Assembly (NCBI GenBank): GCA_026004795.1
Contig: BPJV01000001.1
Location: 528,446 to 592,445 of the forward strand
DNA length: 64,000 nucleotides
Direction of reading: 5' to 3'
Origin: Pirellulaceae bacterium
GTDB lineage: Bacteria; Planctomycetota; Planctomycetia; Pirellulales; Pirellulaceae
In this document: in pieces, positions 1 to 10,158 of the stretch
How the letters are laid out: the number at the start of each line of letters is the position of its first letter
Numbering within the stretch: the stretch's first letter is position 1
Translations under genes and position numbers: made by a program
Notes under the pieces: model-generated
Seen by the model: only the letters and a program-made list of their open reading frames with translations
What the model was told of the DNA's origin: nothing
Databases searched by the model: none

Positions 1-1
1 C

Positions 2-271
2 GTGCGCGAGCTGGTCGACTGGGGGGCCGGACCGCGAGCGGGCCAGTTTCTGATCAACGGCGCCAAAGCCATCGCGGCCATGGATGGCCGGTTCAGCATC
101 GGCATCGACGATGTCCGCAAGATTGCCGTACCTGTCCTCCGACATCGTGTCAGTACCAATTTCCAAGCCCAGGCCGAAGGGATGAACAGCGAGGCGATCA
201 TTCGTCGTCTGGTGAAGGAGATCCCCGAGCCGGAAATACCCAAACTGGATAAAGGGGCGGCCAAGCGATGA
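2..271 (+). CDS. MoxR-family AAA+ ATPase, C-terminal lid (5' truncated by window edge)
   Basis: WGAGPRAGQFL...AKAIAAMDGR...DDVRKIAVPVLRHR is the typical MoxR C-terminal lid; followed by a DUF58 gene. Confidence 0.85.
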   Translation: MRELVDWGAGPRAGQFLINGAKAIAAMDGRFSIGIDDVRKIAVPVLRHRVSTNFQAQAEGMNSEAIIRRLVKEIPEPEIPKLDKGAAKR

Positions 272-452
272 GGCATCACATCTCCGTGAGACAACGTGTC
301 GTCATCGTCGGTGACCATGGCCCCCAGCCGACGCAGCAACCGCGGGGCGGCAGCACCGATCAGCCGACGGTTACGGCCCTCGGTGAGCAGGCGACGCCAT
401 CGCGGGTGAATTGCGCGGTCCACCCCGAAACTCTTAACAGAGCGAATCCCTC

Positions 453-1349
453 GTGGCAGCCGTTGAACAATACCTGAAACCGGAACTAGCCGCTCAGATC
501 AAGCGCTTGGACTTGCGCGCGCAGATGATCGTGCGCGGTTTTCTGCAGGGCCTCCACACCAGCCCCTTTCATGGTTTCAGCGTCGAATTCAGTGAACATC
601 GACGTTACGCGCCGGGAGACGATCCCAAGTTGATCGATTGGATCGCCTATGCCAAGACGGGCCGGTACTACATTAAGAAGTTCGAATCGGAAACCAACAT
701 TACCGGCTATCTGGCCATCGACCTGAGCCGTTCCATGGGCTACACCTACCGCCAGAAGCTCACCAAGCTCGATTATGCCATCTGTGTGGCGGCGGCCCTC
801 GCCTATTTGATGATTCAGCAACAGGACCCCGTTGGCCTGGTGACCTTCGATACGAAGCTGGGCGCCAGCCTGCCTCCGCGCAGTCGCCGCAGCCAGTTGC
901 CGGCCATCCTCAGCCAACTGACACGCATGAAAGCGACCGGACAAACCGACCTTGCCGGCTCGTTGACTCAGTTGGCGGCCATGCTCAAGCATCGTAGTCT
1001 GGTCATGCTTTTTAGCGACTTGTTGACCGAGGAAGAACCTATGCTGCAGGCGATTCGTCGCCTCCGCCATGGTGGCCACGATATCATCGTGTTCCACATC
1101 CTGGATGAGGCCGAAGTCACCTTTCCTTTTCAAGGGGCCGTGCAATTGCGCGATCCGGAGACGGGGGAGAGCCAAGCCGTGTCGGCTGCCGATGCGGCCG
1201 CAGACTACCGACAGACCGTGCGCGCGTACCGAAAGCGGCTGAACAAAGCGTTTCAGGAAGCGGCCATCGATTATGTGGCGTTGGACACCAGCATGCCTTA
1301 CGATAAGGCCCTGATGGAATACCTCTTACGGCGCCGGGATCGGTTCTGA
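453..1349 (+). CDS. DUF58 (vWA-like) protein, MoxR partner
   Basis: GLHTSPFHGFSVEFSEHRRYAPGDD...IDW motif, DLSRSM MIDAS-like motif, FSDLL; GTG start. Confidence 0.9.
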   Translation: MAAVEQYLKPELAAQIKRLDLRAQMIVRGFLQGLHTSPFHGFSVEFSEHRRYAPGDDPKLIDWIAYAKTGRYYIKKFESETNITGYLAIDLSRSMGYTYRQKLTKLDYAICVAAALAYLMIQQQDPVGLVTFDTKLGASLPPRSRRSQLPAILSQLTRMKATGQTDLAGSLTQLAAMLKHRSLVMLFSDLLTEEEPMLQAIRRLRHGGHDIIVFHILDEAEVTFPFQGAVQLRDPETGESQAVSAADAAADYRQTVRAYRKRLNKAFQEAAIDYVALDTSMPYDKALMEYLLRRRDRF

Positions 1350-1405
1350 GGCGGCGTTCGCGGCGATGTAGCCACGTTGGTCCCTGGGCAGTCCCCGCGT
1401 ATACC

Positions 1406-2536
1406 TTATCCGCGGGCCACGCGAAACGGCGTCAGCTCGATTCGGCATGGTTTCCCCTCGATCGCGTCGGCGAGCAACTCCGCCGTGGCACAACTCAGGT
1501 GCAACCCACTGCGAAAGTGCCCCGCTGCGACGTAGGCGCCGTCGGCGCCGGGAACCGGACCGATGTAAGGAAAGCCATCGAATGAGCCGGGACGCAGGCC
1601 CGCCCAAGAACGTTCCAGCTCGGCATGCCGTAATTGTGGAACCAGCGATTCGGCCCATTGCCGTAGCTGCGCGATGGCTTCCGTCGTCGTTTCACAGTGG
1701 TAGCCAACTTCTTCTTCGATGCTTCCCGCCAATAGATAACCGTCGTCACGCGGTACCAAATAACGATGCCCCACATTGACCACGCGCGATAACAATGGCT
1801 GGGGACAGCGATAAAGCAGCATTTGACCGCGGATGGGCATGAGGCCATTTTCGAACCCCAAATCCAACAGGAATTGCCGTGCCCACGCGCCGGCGCACAC
1901 ACAGGCAACCTCGGTTGGCAGCTGTTCACCGTCACGAGTAATCACGGCGTGCACCCTTCCCGCCCGGACATCGAGACGGTGGACGGCGCGGCCAGGCAGC
2001 AATCGCACGCCGCGCTGTTGGCAGGCAAGGGACAGCGCCTTGAGATGGCGCGGATTGCGCAACTGCGACTCGTCTGGGTGCAGCCAAGCTTTCCCCACCA
2101 TTTGCTCCGCCGCCGCCGCCAAGGCCGGCTCCGCCTCGACCAGCTCCCGCGCCCCGAGTGCTTCATGCCGGATCCCCAACTCGTGCCACCAGTATTGGTT
2201 GCCGGCCAACGTGGCCGCTTCGGCCTTGGTCATCGCCAGATGGATGCCGCCGCAGTGGCGGTATCCCGTATCGATGCCCGTCTCGCGTCGCAATTGTTCG
2301 GCCCATACCGGATGCAGGTGATGGGAACGGGCCTTCAGACGTTCATAAGGATCCGCCACTGGTCGCGTAGCCGCTGCGGGCAGGATTCCTGCTCCCGCCC
2401 AACTGGCCCCCTTACCGATCTCCCCTTCATCCAGAACCGTGACCTCCATGCCTCGGCGCACCAACTCCCAGGCGATCGACAAACCGATTACACCACCGCC
2501 AATCACATGAACACGCTGCTTTTTCGGATGCATCAT
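1406..2536 (-). CDS. thiO: Glycine oxidase / FAD-dependent D-amino acid oxidase family
   Basis: VIGGGVIG dinucleotide-binding motif, ASWAGAGIL, WAGLRP, GHFRSG; start set at MMHPKK rather than the ORF-track 2794. Confidence 0.75.
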   Translation of the reverse strand: MMHPKKQRVHVIGGGVIGLSIAWELVRRGMEVTVLDEGEIGKGASWAGAGILPAAATRPVADPYERLKARSHHLHPVWAEQLRRETGIDTGYRHCGGIHLAMTKAEAATLAGNQYWWHELGIRHEALGARELVEAEPALAAAAEQMVGKAWLHPDESQLRNPRHLKALSLACQQRGVRLLPGRAVHRLDVRAGRVHAVITRDGEQLPTEVACVCAGAWARQFLLDLGFENGLMPIRGQMLLYRCPQPLLSRVVNVGHRYLVPRDDGYLLAGSIEEEVGYHCETTTEAIAQLRQWAESLVPQLRHAELERSWAGLRPGSFDGFPYIGPVPGADGAYVAAGHFRSGLHLSCATAELLADAIEGKPCRIELTPFRVARG

Positions 2537-2925
2537 CGGTGCGTGCGGCAGAAACCAGAAGGAAGTCGAGATATAATACGATAGAGTCCAGCAGCACCAC
2601 GAATGCTCGGCAAAATGGACCCTCCTGATCCAAACGATAGCGGAGGTGCGCGCCTTTACCAAGGTGGCCCCAGCCGGTGGTGGCGCTTGATCCACGCCTT
2701 GCCGATCGGAGTGTGCCCCGGTGAGGAGCCCCGTGAGCGAGCGAAGTTGATGCTTTTTGAACAAAAAGTGCCTTACGATGATTTTCCTGCCCATGACCGC
2801 GCGTTATCCTCAGGGGGGATCGCTTCGGTAAATCGATCGGTGCGTGGGAAGCACGGCGAGCAGTGCGATGGGCGGGAGGCACTGTTCTCTAGAGATAGCA
2901 TACCAATACGCCTGAATCGGGCGAC

Positions 2926-4494
2926 ATGACCATGCCGGCAGTTGCATCATCAAGCAAACTGATTGAGCTCGTGGAGAAAAGCCAGTTGGCGGAACCGGCA
3001 GCGCTGGAACGAGCCCTGGAGGCGATTCGGGCGGCTCACGGTGGCGATCTCCCCGAAGATCCTCAACTGCTCGCCGAACAATTGCAAGCGCACAAGGTCA
3101 TCACGAGCTGGCAAGCCGATAAGCTTCTCCAAGGCAAGTACAAGGGATTCTTCCTCGGCAAACACAAGCTCCTTGGCCATCTCGGCAGTGGCGGGATGAG
3201 CAGCGTCTATCTGGCCGAGCATACGAGGATGCATGACCTGCGGGCGATCAAGGTGCTCCCCAAGAGCCGGCTCAACAAGTCATCCTACCTGGCGCGCTTC
3301 CAACAGGAAGCCAAAGCGATTGCCGCGCTGAATCACCCGAATATCGTCCGCGCTCACGATATCGACAACCAGGGAGACACCCATTACATCGTCATGGAGT
3401 ACGTCGACGGGGATGACCTGCAGACGATCGTCAAGAAGGAGGGGCCACTCCCCTACGACAAGGTGGCCGATTACATGGCTCAGGCGGCTCGTGGCCTGCA
3501 ACATGCCCATGACATGGGGTTGATCCATCGTGATATCAAGCCGGCCAATGTGCTCGTCAACTCGCGTGGCCAGGTCAAGCTCCTCGACTTGGGGCTGGCC
3601 TTGTTCACCGAGGACGTGGAAGCCTCGCTGACGATGGAGCATAACGACAAGGTATTGGGAACGGCCGACTACTTGGCTCCCGAACAAGCGCTCAACAGCC
3701 ACAAGATCGACCATCGCGCCGACATCTACGGTTTGGGATGCACCATGTATTTCTTGTTAACGGGCAAACCACCGTTCGCCGAAGGCACCATTGCGCAGCG
3801 AATCGCCAAGCACCAAAAAGAGATGCCGAAACCCATCCGCAAATTCCGTCCCGATGTGCCTGGTGAACTGGAAGGCATCTGTTGGAAGATGATGCAGAAG
3901 GATCCCAAGTTCCGCTATCCCACGGCCGCCAAGGTGGCGGAGGTACTCGAGGATTGGCTGCAGCGGTATCGTGAAGGCCAGGCGGATGCGGCTGCCGGGG
4001 CCAGTTCTGTCGACTTGGCGGTCGAAGCCGGCCGCGAACCGAAATCGGCCAACCTCACCGACACCGTTAGCAATCGCTTGCATGATACTTTGAGCGATCG
4101 CAGCGGCAGTGGTCTATCGCACCTCTCGGCTTCCAACAGCGGTGTGCTGGTGAAGGTAAAATCGGGCATTCACTCCGATATCGGAAGCACGATCGATCTG
4201 GAAGCGGAGATCGCTCGTCGTAGCGCTGCTCGGTCCTCGACCAGTGCGGCCGGAGGAGAAAGCGTGGCGGGCTCGGCCAGTGCGTCGGTCATCGAATTGG
4301 TCGCTCCCACCCGCACGGCGAAGATCGTTTGGATACTGGGGTTATTGTTCATGTTCGCGATCGCCATCGCCTTGGGAATGGCCATCGCACGGCTGGTTGA
4401 TCCGCCGGTCAGACAAGCAGGGATGAACGGGCCCACCACGGCAAGAACGAGTCCCCCTGAGTACGATGGCGCGGGGCAGTACGCTATTCGGTAA
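2926..4494 (+). CDS. Hanks-type Ser/Thr protein kinase with C-terminal TM helix
   Basis: LGSGGMSSV, AIK, HRDIKPAN, DLG, GTADYLAPE; Ser-rich linker; hydrophobic segment IVWILGLLFMFAIAIALGMAI. Confidence 0.95.
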   Translation: MTMPAVASSSKLIELVEKSQLAEPAALERALEAIRAAHGGDLPEDPQLLAEQLQAHKVITSWQADKLLQGKYKGFFLGKHKLLGHLGSGGMSSVYLAEHTRMHDLRAIKVLPKSRLNKSSYLARFQQEAKAIAALNHPNIVRAHDIDNQGDTHYIVMEYVDGDDLQTIVKKEGPLPYDKVADYMAQAARGLQHAHDMGLIHRDIKPANVLVNSRGQVKLLDLGLALFTEDVEASLTMEHNDKVLGTADYLAPEQALNSHKIDHRADIYGLGCTMYFLLTGKPPFAEGTIAQRIAKHQKEMPKPIRKFRPDVPGELEGICWKMMQKDPKFRYPTAAKVAEVLEDWLQRYREGQADAAAGASSVDLAVEAGREPKSANLTDTVSNRLHDTLSDRSGSGLSHLSASNSGVLVKVKSGIHSDIGSTIDLEAEIARRSAARSSTSAAGGESVAGSASASVIELVAPTRTAKIVWILGLLFMFAIAIALGMAIARLVDPPVRQAGMNGPTTARTSPPEYDGAGQYAIR

Positions 4495-4627
4495 GGCCCC
4501 GGGAAGGTTGGCGGAACATCTTTCCACCGGTCGTTTTCGCCAGGCGTCACTCGGGCCGCAAAGGTGGTGGTATGGCTAACAACGGTCTTGCTTGGTGAAT
4601 TTTGTTGTTCCACGCAAAGAGAGTTTC

Positions 4628-6526
4628 ATGATTGGAAAACTCGTTCGGTCATTATGGGCACCCGGCTTGGTCGCCTGGTTGCTAATCGGCAGTGCCCATG
4701 CGCAGGTCAACAATGAACAACGTGCCGCGTTGCGACGATTGATGGAACGCACGCGCGAGGCCGGTCAGCTGTATACCCAGGGGGATTTCGCTGCTTGTGC
4801 CGAACAGATCAACGAGATCAGTCGCCAGCTGTTGCAGCTATTGGAGAACAAAGACGAACGCCTGCTGCAGATGGCCAAACCCGTATACGACCGCCTGGCG
4901 CGCGCCCATGGCCTGCTCGACTTGGAAGGAGCAGCGGTGGAACCGTTACCAAGTTGGGAGGAATTGTCCGCGAAACCCGAGATGACCGCCGGGGAGACAC
5001 CGGTTCGCTTCTCCCAAGACGTGGCTCCGTGGTTGGTAGCCAAGTGCGGCAACTGTCACATCGATAACAGCCGCGGGCAGTTTTCCCTGGCCACGTTCCG
5101 CAACCTGGCGTTGGGAGCAGCAGGCAACCGTGTGATCATCCCCGGAGACGCGCGCGGCAGCCGCCTCGTCGAAGTGATCGAATCCGGGGACATGCCGCGT
5201 GGCGGAGGAAAGGTCACCGCCGCGGAATTGACTGCCTTGAAAAAGTGGATCGATGGCGGCGCGGTATTCGATGGCCCCAGTCCAGATGCGCCGCTGCGCA
5301 GCTACGCCCGCAGGATGACTGCCACGACCGAGGCGGCCACGACCGCACCAACGGTCCGCCGTACTACTGGCAAGGAAACGGTAAGCTTCGCTCGCGATGT
5401 CGCACCGATCCTGTTAGAAAACTGCAACGGCTGTCACATCGGTGGGCAGCAAGCCTCAGGAGGCTTGCGCATGGATACATTTACCCAGCTGCTCCGCGGG
5501 GGCGACAGCGGTCCCCTCATCGCCGGTAGCAACGCGAACGAGAGTTTGCTGATCAAGAAATTGCGCGGCCAGGCACCCGGTGCACGCATGCCGGCCGGCG
5601 GTCGCCCACCCCTGAGCGATGAGGAGATTGAATTGATCGCCACGTGGATCCGCGAAGGAGCCACGTTCGACGGCGTCTCTCCCGAAACAGGCATCGAAAT
5701 CGTGGTCAACCAGGCCTGGGCGGCAAACGCTACGCACGAAGAGCTGATGCAGCGGCGCAAAGAACGTGCGCTGGCGCGGTGGAGCAAAGCCGTCCCCAAC
5801 GAAGCTCCGCAGACGCATGAACTCGGTGAGGTCTTCGTCTTGGGCAACGCCCCGAGGGAACGACTGGAAGCGACAGCGCAGTTGGTGGAACAGGCCATCG
5901 AGGTGGTCAAACGTGATTTTCGCCTCGATCGACGGCAACCTTTGCTGCGCGGAGGTATGGTCGTCTTTCTGCTGCGCAGTCGGTACGACTACAGTGAGTT
6001 TGGCAAAATGACCGAAGGTCGAGAGTTGCCGCGGCATTGGACCGGTCACTGGTATGCTGACCCGCTCGACGTCTACATCGTTCTGTCCGGGGAAGATGTT
6101 GGCGAGGAAGAACAACGGCAAGCCCTGGTCCTGCAGAACGTGGCCGGCGCGTATCTCGGCGCGTTTCCCAAAGTTCCCTTTTGGTTTGCCGAAGGAGTGG
6201 CGAGAAACCTCGTCTTCCTGCACTACCGGCGCGACGACCCACGCGTACCGACCTGGCAGGAACAGATGCCTGCGGCTTTACAGAAGGTCACTTCACCGAA
6301 CCTCCTGCTGAACAATCAGTTGGATGAGGAGTCTGCCGGACTGGTCGGCATGTGGCTCACCAGCCAGATGCTCGACCGTAGCAATCGTCCACGGCTGGAT
6401 CGCCTGCTCCGCCTGATGGCCGAAGGAAAGGCCTTCGACGATGCATTCGGAGCCACCTTTGGGCCGCTCGGCCAGGTGATCGAGTCGGTGCTGGGCAAAC
6501 CGGCATCGCCGGGCGGTCAACGCTGA
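4628..6526 (+). CDS. Exported protein with two planctomycete-type cytochrome c domains and a C-terminal peptidase-like domain
   Basis: Signal peptide ending AHA; CGNCH and CNGCH heme motifs, each followed by a ...MP...W I..GA pattern; C-terminal PFWFAEGVA. Confidence 0.8.
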   Translation: MIGKLVRSLWAPGLVAWLLIGSAHAQVNNEQRAALRRLMERTREAGQLYTQGDFAACAEQINEISRQLLQLLENKDERLLQMAKPVYDRLARAHGLLDLEGAAVEPLPSWEELSAKPEMTAGETPVRFSQDVAPWLVAKCGNCHIDNSRGQFSLATFRNLALGAAGNRVIIPGDARGSRLVEVIESGDMPRGGGKVTAAELTALKKWIDGGAVFDGPSPDAPLRSYARRMTATTEAATTAPTVRRTTGKETVSFARDVAPILLENCNGCHIGGQQASGGLRMDTFTQLLRGGDSGPLIAGSNANESLLIKKLRGQAPGARMPAGGRPPLSDEEIELIATWIREGATFDGVSPETGIEIVVNQAWAANATHEELMQRRKERALARWSKAVPNEAPQTHELGEVFVLGNAPRERLEATAQLVEQAIEVVKRDFRLDRRQPLLRGGMVVFLLRSRYDYSEFGKMTEGRELPRHWTGHWYADPLDVYIVLSGEDVGEEEQRQALVLQNVAGAYLGAFPKVPFWFAEGVARNLVFLHYRRDDPRVPTWQEQMPAALQKVTSPNLLLNNQLDEESAGLVGMWLTSQMLDRSNRPRLDRLLRLMAEGKAFDDAFGATFGPLGQVIESVLGKPASPGGQR

Positions 6527-6678
6527 TGTCGGCCGGAGCAGTACGTAGCGGATAGAGCTTCGTCGTGGGGACAGGAACCCGTCCTACTGGCCGCCGGCAC
6601 GAGCCTCCCCGGTGTTTGCTGACCGGGGGCGGAGTGGCTGAAGATCGATGGGGGCCGCGGGGAGTCGCCGGTGCTGGC

Positions 6679-8385
6679 TCAAGGCACCTCGGCGGGCGCG
6701 GCTTCTCCGCGCGCAGCACGCAAATCGGCCTGGGCTTTGTAATAGATGGTCAAGGCATCGACGAGCTTCTCAGCCGCCTCGACGGCGTACTGTTCGCGGA
6801 GAGTAACTTTCAGTAAATCGGAGAGCCCCTCTTCGAAATTGCGTCGTTCTCGCGCCGCCAGTTCCTCGGCGCGGCGCACCGCATCGCGTGCCTGATAAAC
6901 CTGTTCCCGCGCAGTATCCACCCCAGCTCGCGCGGCTTGCACCTCCGTAACAATCTTGTCCGCGGCCAATTGCCGCTTTGCATCCAGTTGCGCCATCTTC
7001 CCTTGAATGGCACGCATCTTTCCCCGTGCCTTGCGCCGCTGAACGGGAACATCGACCAGCAGTGCCGTTTCCAGCTCGAAGTCGCCTTTGTCATTCTTGG
7101 GGCTGGTTGGTTCGCCGACATCTTGCGATGCGGTGACCACGGCGTCGATGGTGGGCCGCATTTCATTGGCGGCCAATGCATAGTCGACTCGCAGTTGACG
7201 CAACACCAGGTTCAACAACGTTAGTTCCGGACGCTGCTGCAAGGCGATGTCGACATCGCGGTTGCTCTCCGCGGGCGGCGACGGCGCCAACTCCGGAAAC
7301 TCGGGGACTTGATCCAGCGAGGGGACGACTGGATCGCCATTGGCATCACGATAGTACAACGATAGCTTGACGGCAGATTGCTGGAATTTTCGTCGTGCTT
7401 CCTCCACCTTGGCCCGTCGCTCCGCTACCAACCGCAGATTGTCGGTCAGTTCGGGAGGATCCAACAATCCCTCCTCCACTTGGCGTTGGATGCGTTCGGT
7501 ACGATCCTCAGCCAAGGCTAGAATTTGCTGCGCAATGTCCAATTTGGCACCTGCAGCCACCCAATCCCAGTAGGCATAGGTCGCCTCCTGAACGAAGGCG
7601 ATCAACTGCGCCCGGATATCTGGCTCGACGATCTGGCGATCCAAATTCGCCTTCCACAGGTCGGCGCGACGCTGATCGATATCGCGATCCTTAGCCAAAG
7701 GAACCGCCAAACCGGCTTTGAATTCTCCGCCACCGTTGGTTTGCCGCTCGAGATACCAGGGTTGGAAGGTCCCGCGACCGATGCGGTATCCGGCGAATAA
7801 GTCGCTGCCGGAGAACAACGGTTGCACCACTCCCACGCTCTGTCGAAAGTTTTCGTAAAATCCTACGGGATTGTTTTCGCTGGCAGCCTTCAGTTTCAGA
7901 TCGAATTGCCCCCACGCAGCCAATTGTTCGCCGGACGCGATGGAGCGCGCCTGCATGGCGGCTGCTACCAAAGGATAACTGGCGTACAGCGAGTCGATGA
8001 CCTCGTCAAGAGTGACCCCAGCGGAGCGACCGGCTTGGGGAGACGCGATTTCCTCAAGCGTACTCGAGTTGGCTGGATCCTCCGGGAGATCTTCCTCGGG
8101 CGGCTGGTCAGGGACGGCGACTGTGGCGGTGCGGATACGTGGCGTCTGCGGCGATGATGTTGCGGCTGTCAAGTCGATTGGCGACGCCAAACTCGTGTCA
8201 GCGACGGTCGGTGATGGCGACTCGTCGCCTGGCAGGCCGGTCAGAGAAGACGTCGATTCGGTCGCCCCTGTCGTGAAAGGGCGGCGCATCGAGCGAGCCG
8301 CCTGTGAGCCGGCGCAACCTGTGTCCAGCAAGACCGCTCCCAATAGCAACAGCCGGATTCGAGTGGTGCAAGCTTTGTTGACCAT
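6679..8385 (-). CDS. TolC-family outer-membrane efflux protein (probable lipoprotein)
   Basis: Helical OEP-like repeats (TLDEVIDS..., RPELT..., RNFEEGLSDLL); LLLLGAVLLDTGC lipobox-like leader; start uncertain (8385 or 8484). Confidence 0.8.
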   Translation of the reverse strand: MVNKACTTRIRLLLLGAVLLDTGCAGSQAARSMRRPFTTGATESTSSLTGLPGDESPSPTVADTSLASPIDLTAATSSPQTPRIRTATVAVPDQPPEEDLPEDPANSSTLEEIASPQAGRSAGVTLDEVIDSLYASYPLVAAAMQARSIASGEQLAAWGQFDLKLKAASENNPVGFYENFRQSVGVVQPLFSGSDLFAGYRIGRGTFQPWYLERQTNGGGEFKAGLAVPLAKDRDIDQRRADLWKANLDRQIVEPDIRAQLIAFVQEATYAYWDWVAAGAKLDIAQQILALAEDRTERIQRQVEEGLLDPPELTDNLRLVAERRAKVEEARRKFQQSAVKLSLYYRDANGDPVVPSLDQVPEFPELAPSPPAESNRDVDIALQQRPELTLLNLVLRQLRVDYALAANEMRPTIDAVVTASQDVGEPTSPKNDKGDFELETALLVDVPVQRRKARGKMRAIQGKMAQLDAKRQLAADKIVTEVQAARAGVDTAREQVYQARDAVRRAEELAARERRNFEEGLSDLLKVTLREQYAVEAAEKLVDALTIYYKAQADLRAARGEAAPAEVP

Positions 8386-8590
8386 GCTGGGGGTTGGCAA
8401 GCGGAGTACCGGGAAACGAGTCCATGCGCTTATCGGGCGTCTTGGGATCGGTGCACGCAAAAAAATCACCGACGGCGAGAACACGCTGTCGTCGCCTACG
8501 GAACGAAGTCCACATCGGACCGTACTGTTCCTGTTATCGTCATAACCGAACGGTTCCCGCCAGCCTTCCCCGACACTTTACTCCGCTCCT

Positions 8591-8604
8591 CCCCCCCCCC
8601 CCCC
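8591..8604. repeat. Poly-C (poly-G on minus strand) homopolymer, 14 nt
   Basis: Run of 14 C in the HlyD-TolC intergenic region. Confidence 0.85.
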
Positions 8605-8643
8605 ATCGGTGCCGCATCGGCCAGCGATCGAGGGGGCGCCCCG

Positions 8644-10158
8644 TCAACTGGCCTTGGGCAACTTGGGAACCTTGGTCTTGTCGCTGCCATCCGTTCCCTT
8701 CTGCCAATCGATGACCGGTGGGAAACCGTTAAGTTGCCGCCACACTTCGAACCACAAGGGGACACGATTCAGCAGCACCCAGCCATTGGCACGAACCCCT
8801 TGCCGTAGAAAACGTTCATCGGGCCATGGCCGATCCGATTCATCGGGACGAACGAGCACACGGAACTGCCCCATCCCGTTATCCACCGCATCGATGGACA
8901 CGACTTCGCCGCCGAATGTTCCCACCGCAACTGCTGGCCACCCAGAGAATTGCAAGGCCGGCCAGCCCTCGAACTGCAATCGCACATGCCGCCCCGGTTC
9001 GACCAACGGCGCATCGTTGCCGTCCAACCATAGTTGGACCGATCGATCGGTCGTTTTCGGGACTACGGTACATAGAGGATCTCCCTGCTTGAGCATCGCC
9101 GTCCGCAGATTGGGACGAATACTGACAATGTATCCATCGAACGGGGCCGTGATGAATTGGCTCTGCTGGCGAGCCAACTTGGCTTGCGATTCCAACAGTT
9201 CCTTGTTCGCCTTGTTGAGCTCTTGTTCCGCTTTGGCCACATCGCTTTCCGCCTTCGATACGTCGGCTCGCGCCTTGCGCAACATGGCTTCCGCGTAATC
9301 CACATCGGCCTGGGCCTTTTCAATCTTGGCCAGTCGGTCGCGCTGCTTACCCTGCAATTCGGCCACTGCCGCAGCGACATAAGCTTCGGCCTGACTGACC
9401 TTTGCTTGCGCTTCGTTGAGCTTGCGAGCCACCTCCTGATACTTTTGCAAAGAGATGTTTCCTTCTCGCTGCAGCGTCTGTACCCGCTGGAATTCTGCTT
9501 CCAATTGGGGCACGGCGGCCTGGTACTCGATCAATTGTTGTTGCTCGGCCGTGACCTTCTTTTCCGCCATCTCCACGTAGGCATCTTGTGCGGCGATCGT
9601 TTCCTGCTTGACCGTTTCGTACGCACGCACTTGGTCTTCATAGGAAGCGACAATCAACTTGGCTGCCTCCAAGGCGCGACGATTGGCGTCCAATTGCGCC
9701 TTAGCCGCGCGGACCGCCTGCTCGCTGTTGGCTACCTGCTGTTGCAAGCGCAACGTATACGCTTCGTCCAAATCGCGAATTTCGGCAATCAATTGTCCCT
9801 TGGTGACGAACGCGTTCTCATAGATCCCATCACCCCACCGCACCAAGCGGCCGTAGATCGGTGCTTGAATATCTTGTGGACGTTCGTTGGGCGCATAAGC
9901 CAAAACATTCCCGGTGCCACGTACCGACTGCTGCCAGGGAACGAAGGCCATTAAAACGGCCGTGATCACCAAGCCGATAAACAACACCCGCGCCACCTTC
10001 CGAACCAGACGCGATGAGCGGGCCAACCGTAACGATGGCATCACCGATTCGCTATAGGCGACGGGCACCAACATCGTACGGCGTGGCGTGCTCCGCTCCC
10101 CAGCAGGTTTTTCGATCGGACGATCTGCGGGTTTCTCGATCAGACGATTACCGGACAT
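8644..10158 (-). CDS. HlyD-family membrane fusion / periplasmic adaptor
   Basis: N-terminal TM, PWQQSVRGTG, lipoyl halves (IQAPIYG...ITAPFDG), long coiled coil, VRLQFEGWPA. Confidence 0.9.
   Translation of the reverse strand: MSGNRLIEKPADRPIEKPAGERSTPRRTMLVPVAYSESVMPSLRLARSSRLVRKVARVLFIGLVITAVLMAFVPWQQSVRGTGNVLAYAPNERPQDIQAPIYGRLVRWGDGIYENAFVTKGQLIAEIRDLDEAYTLRLQQQVANSEQAVRAAKAQLDANRRALEAAKLIVASYEDQVRAYETVKQETIAAQDAYVEMAEKKVTAEQQQLIEYQAAVPQLEAEFQRVQTLQREGNISLQKYQEVARKLNEAQAKVSQAEAYVAAAVAELQGKQRDRLAKIEKAQADVDYAEAMLRKARADVSKAESDVAKAEQELNKANKELLESQAKLARQQSQFITAPFDGYIVSIRPNLRTAMLKQGDPLCTVVPKTTDRSVQLWLDGNDAPLVEPGRHVRLQFEGWPALQFSGWPAVAVGTFGGEVVSIDAVDNGMGQFRVLVRPDESDRPWPDERFLRQGVRANGWVLLNRVPLWFEVWRQLNGFPPVIDWQKGTDGSDKTKVPKLPKAS

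Noticed and set aside
2537-2794. N-terminal extension of the thiO-like ORF and ORF 2603..2929
   Set aside because: The FAD-binding motif begins right after MMHPKK; the upstream part has no protein-like features and is probably a divergent promoter region.
6606-6629. GC hairpin (CCCCGGT/ACCGGGG) between convergent genes
   Set aside because: No U-tract on either side, so it is not called as an intrinsic terminator.
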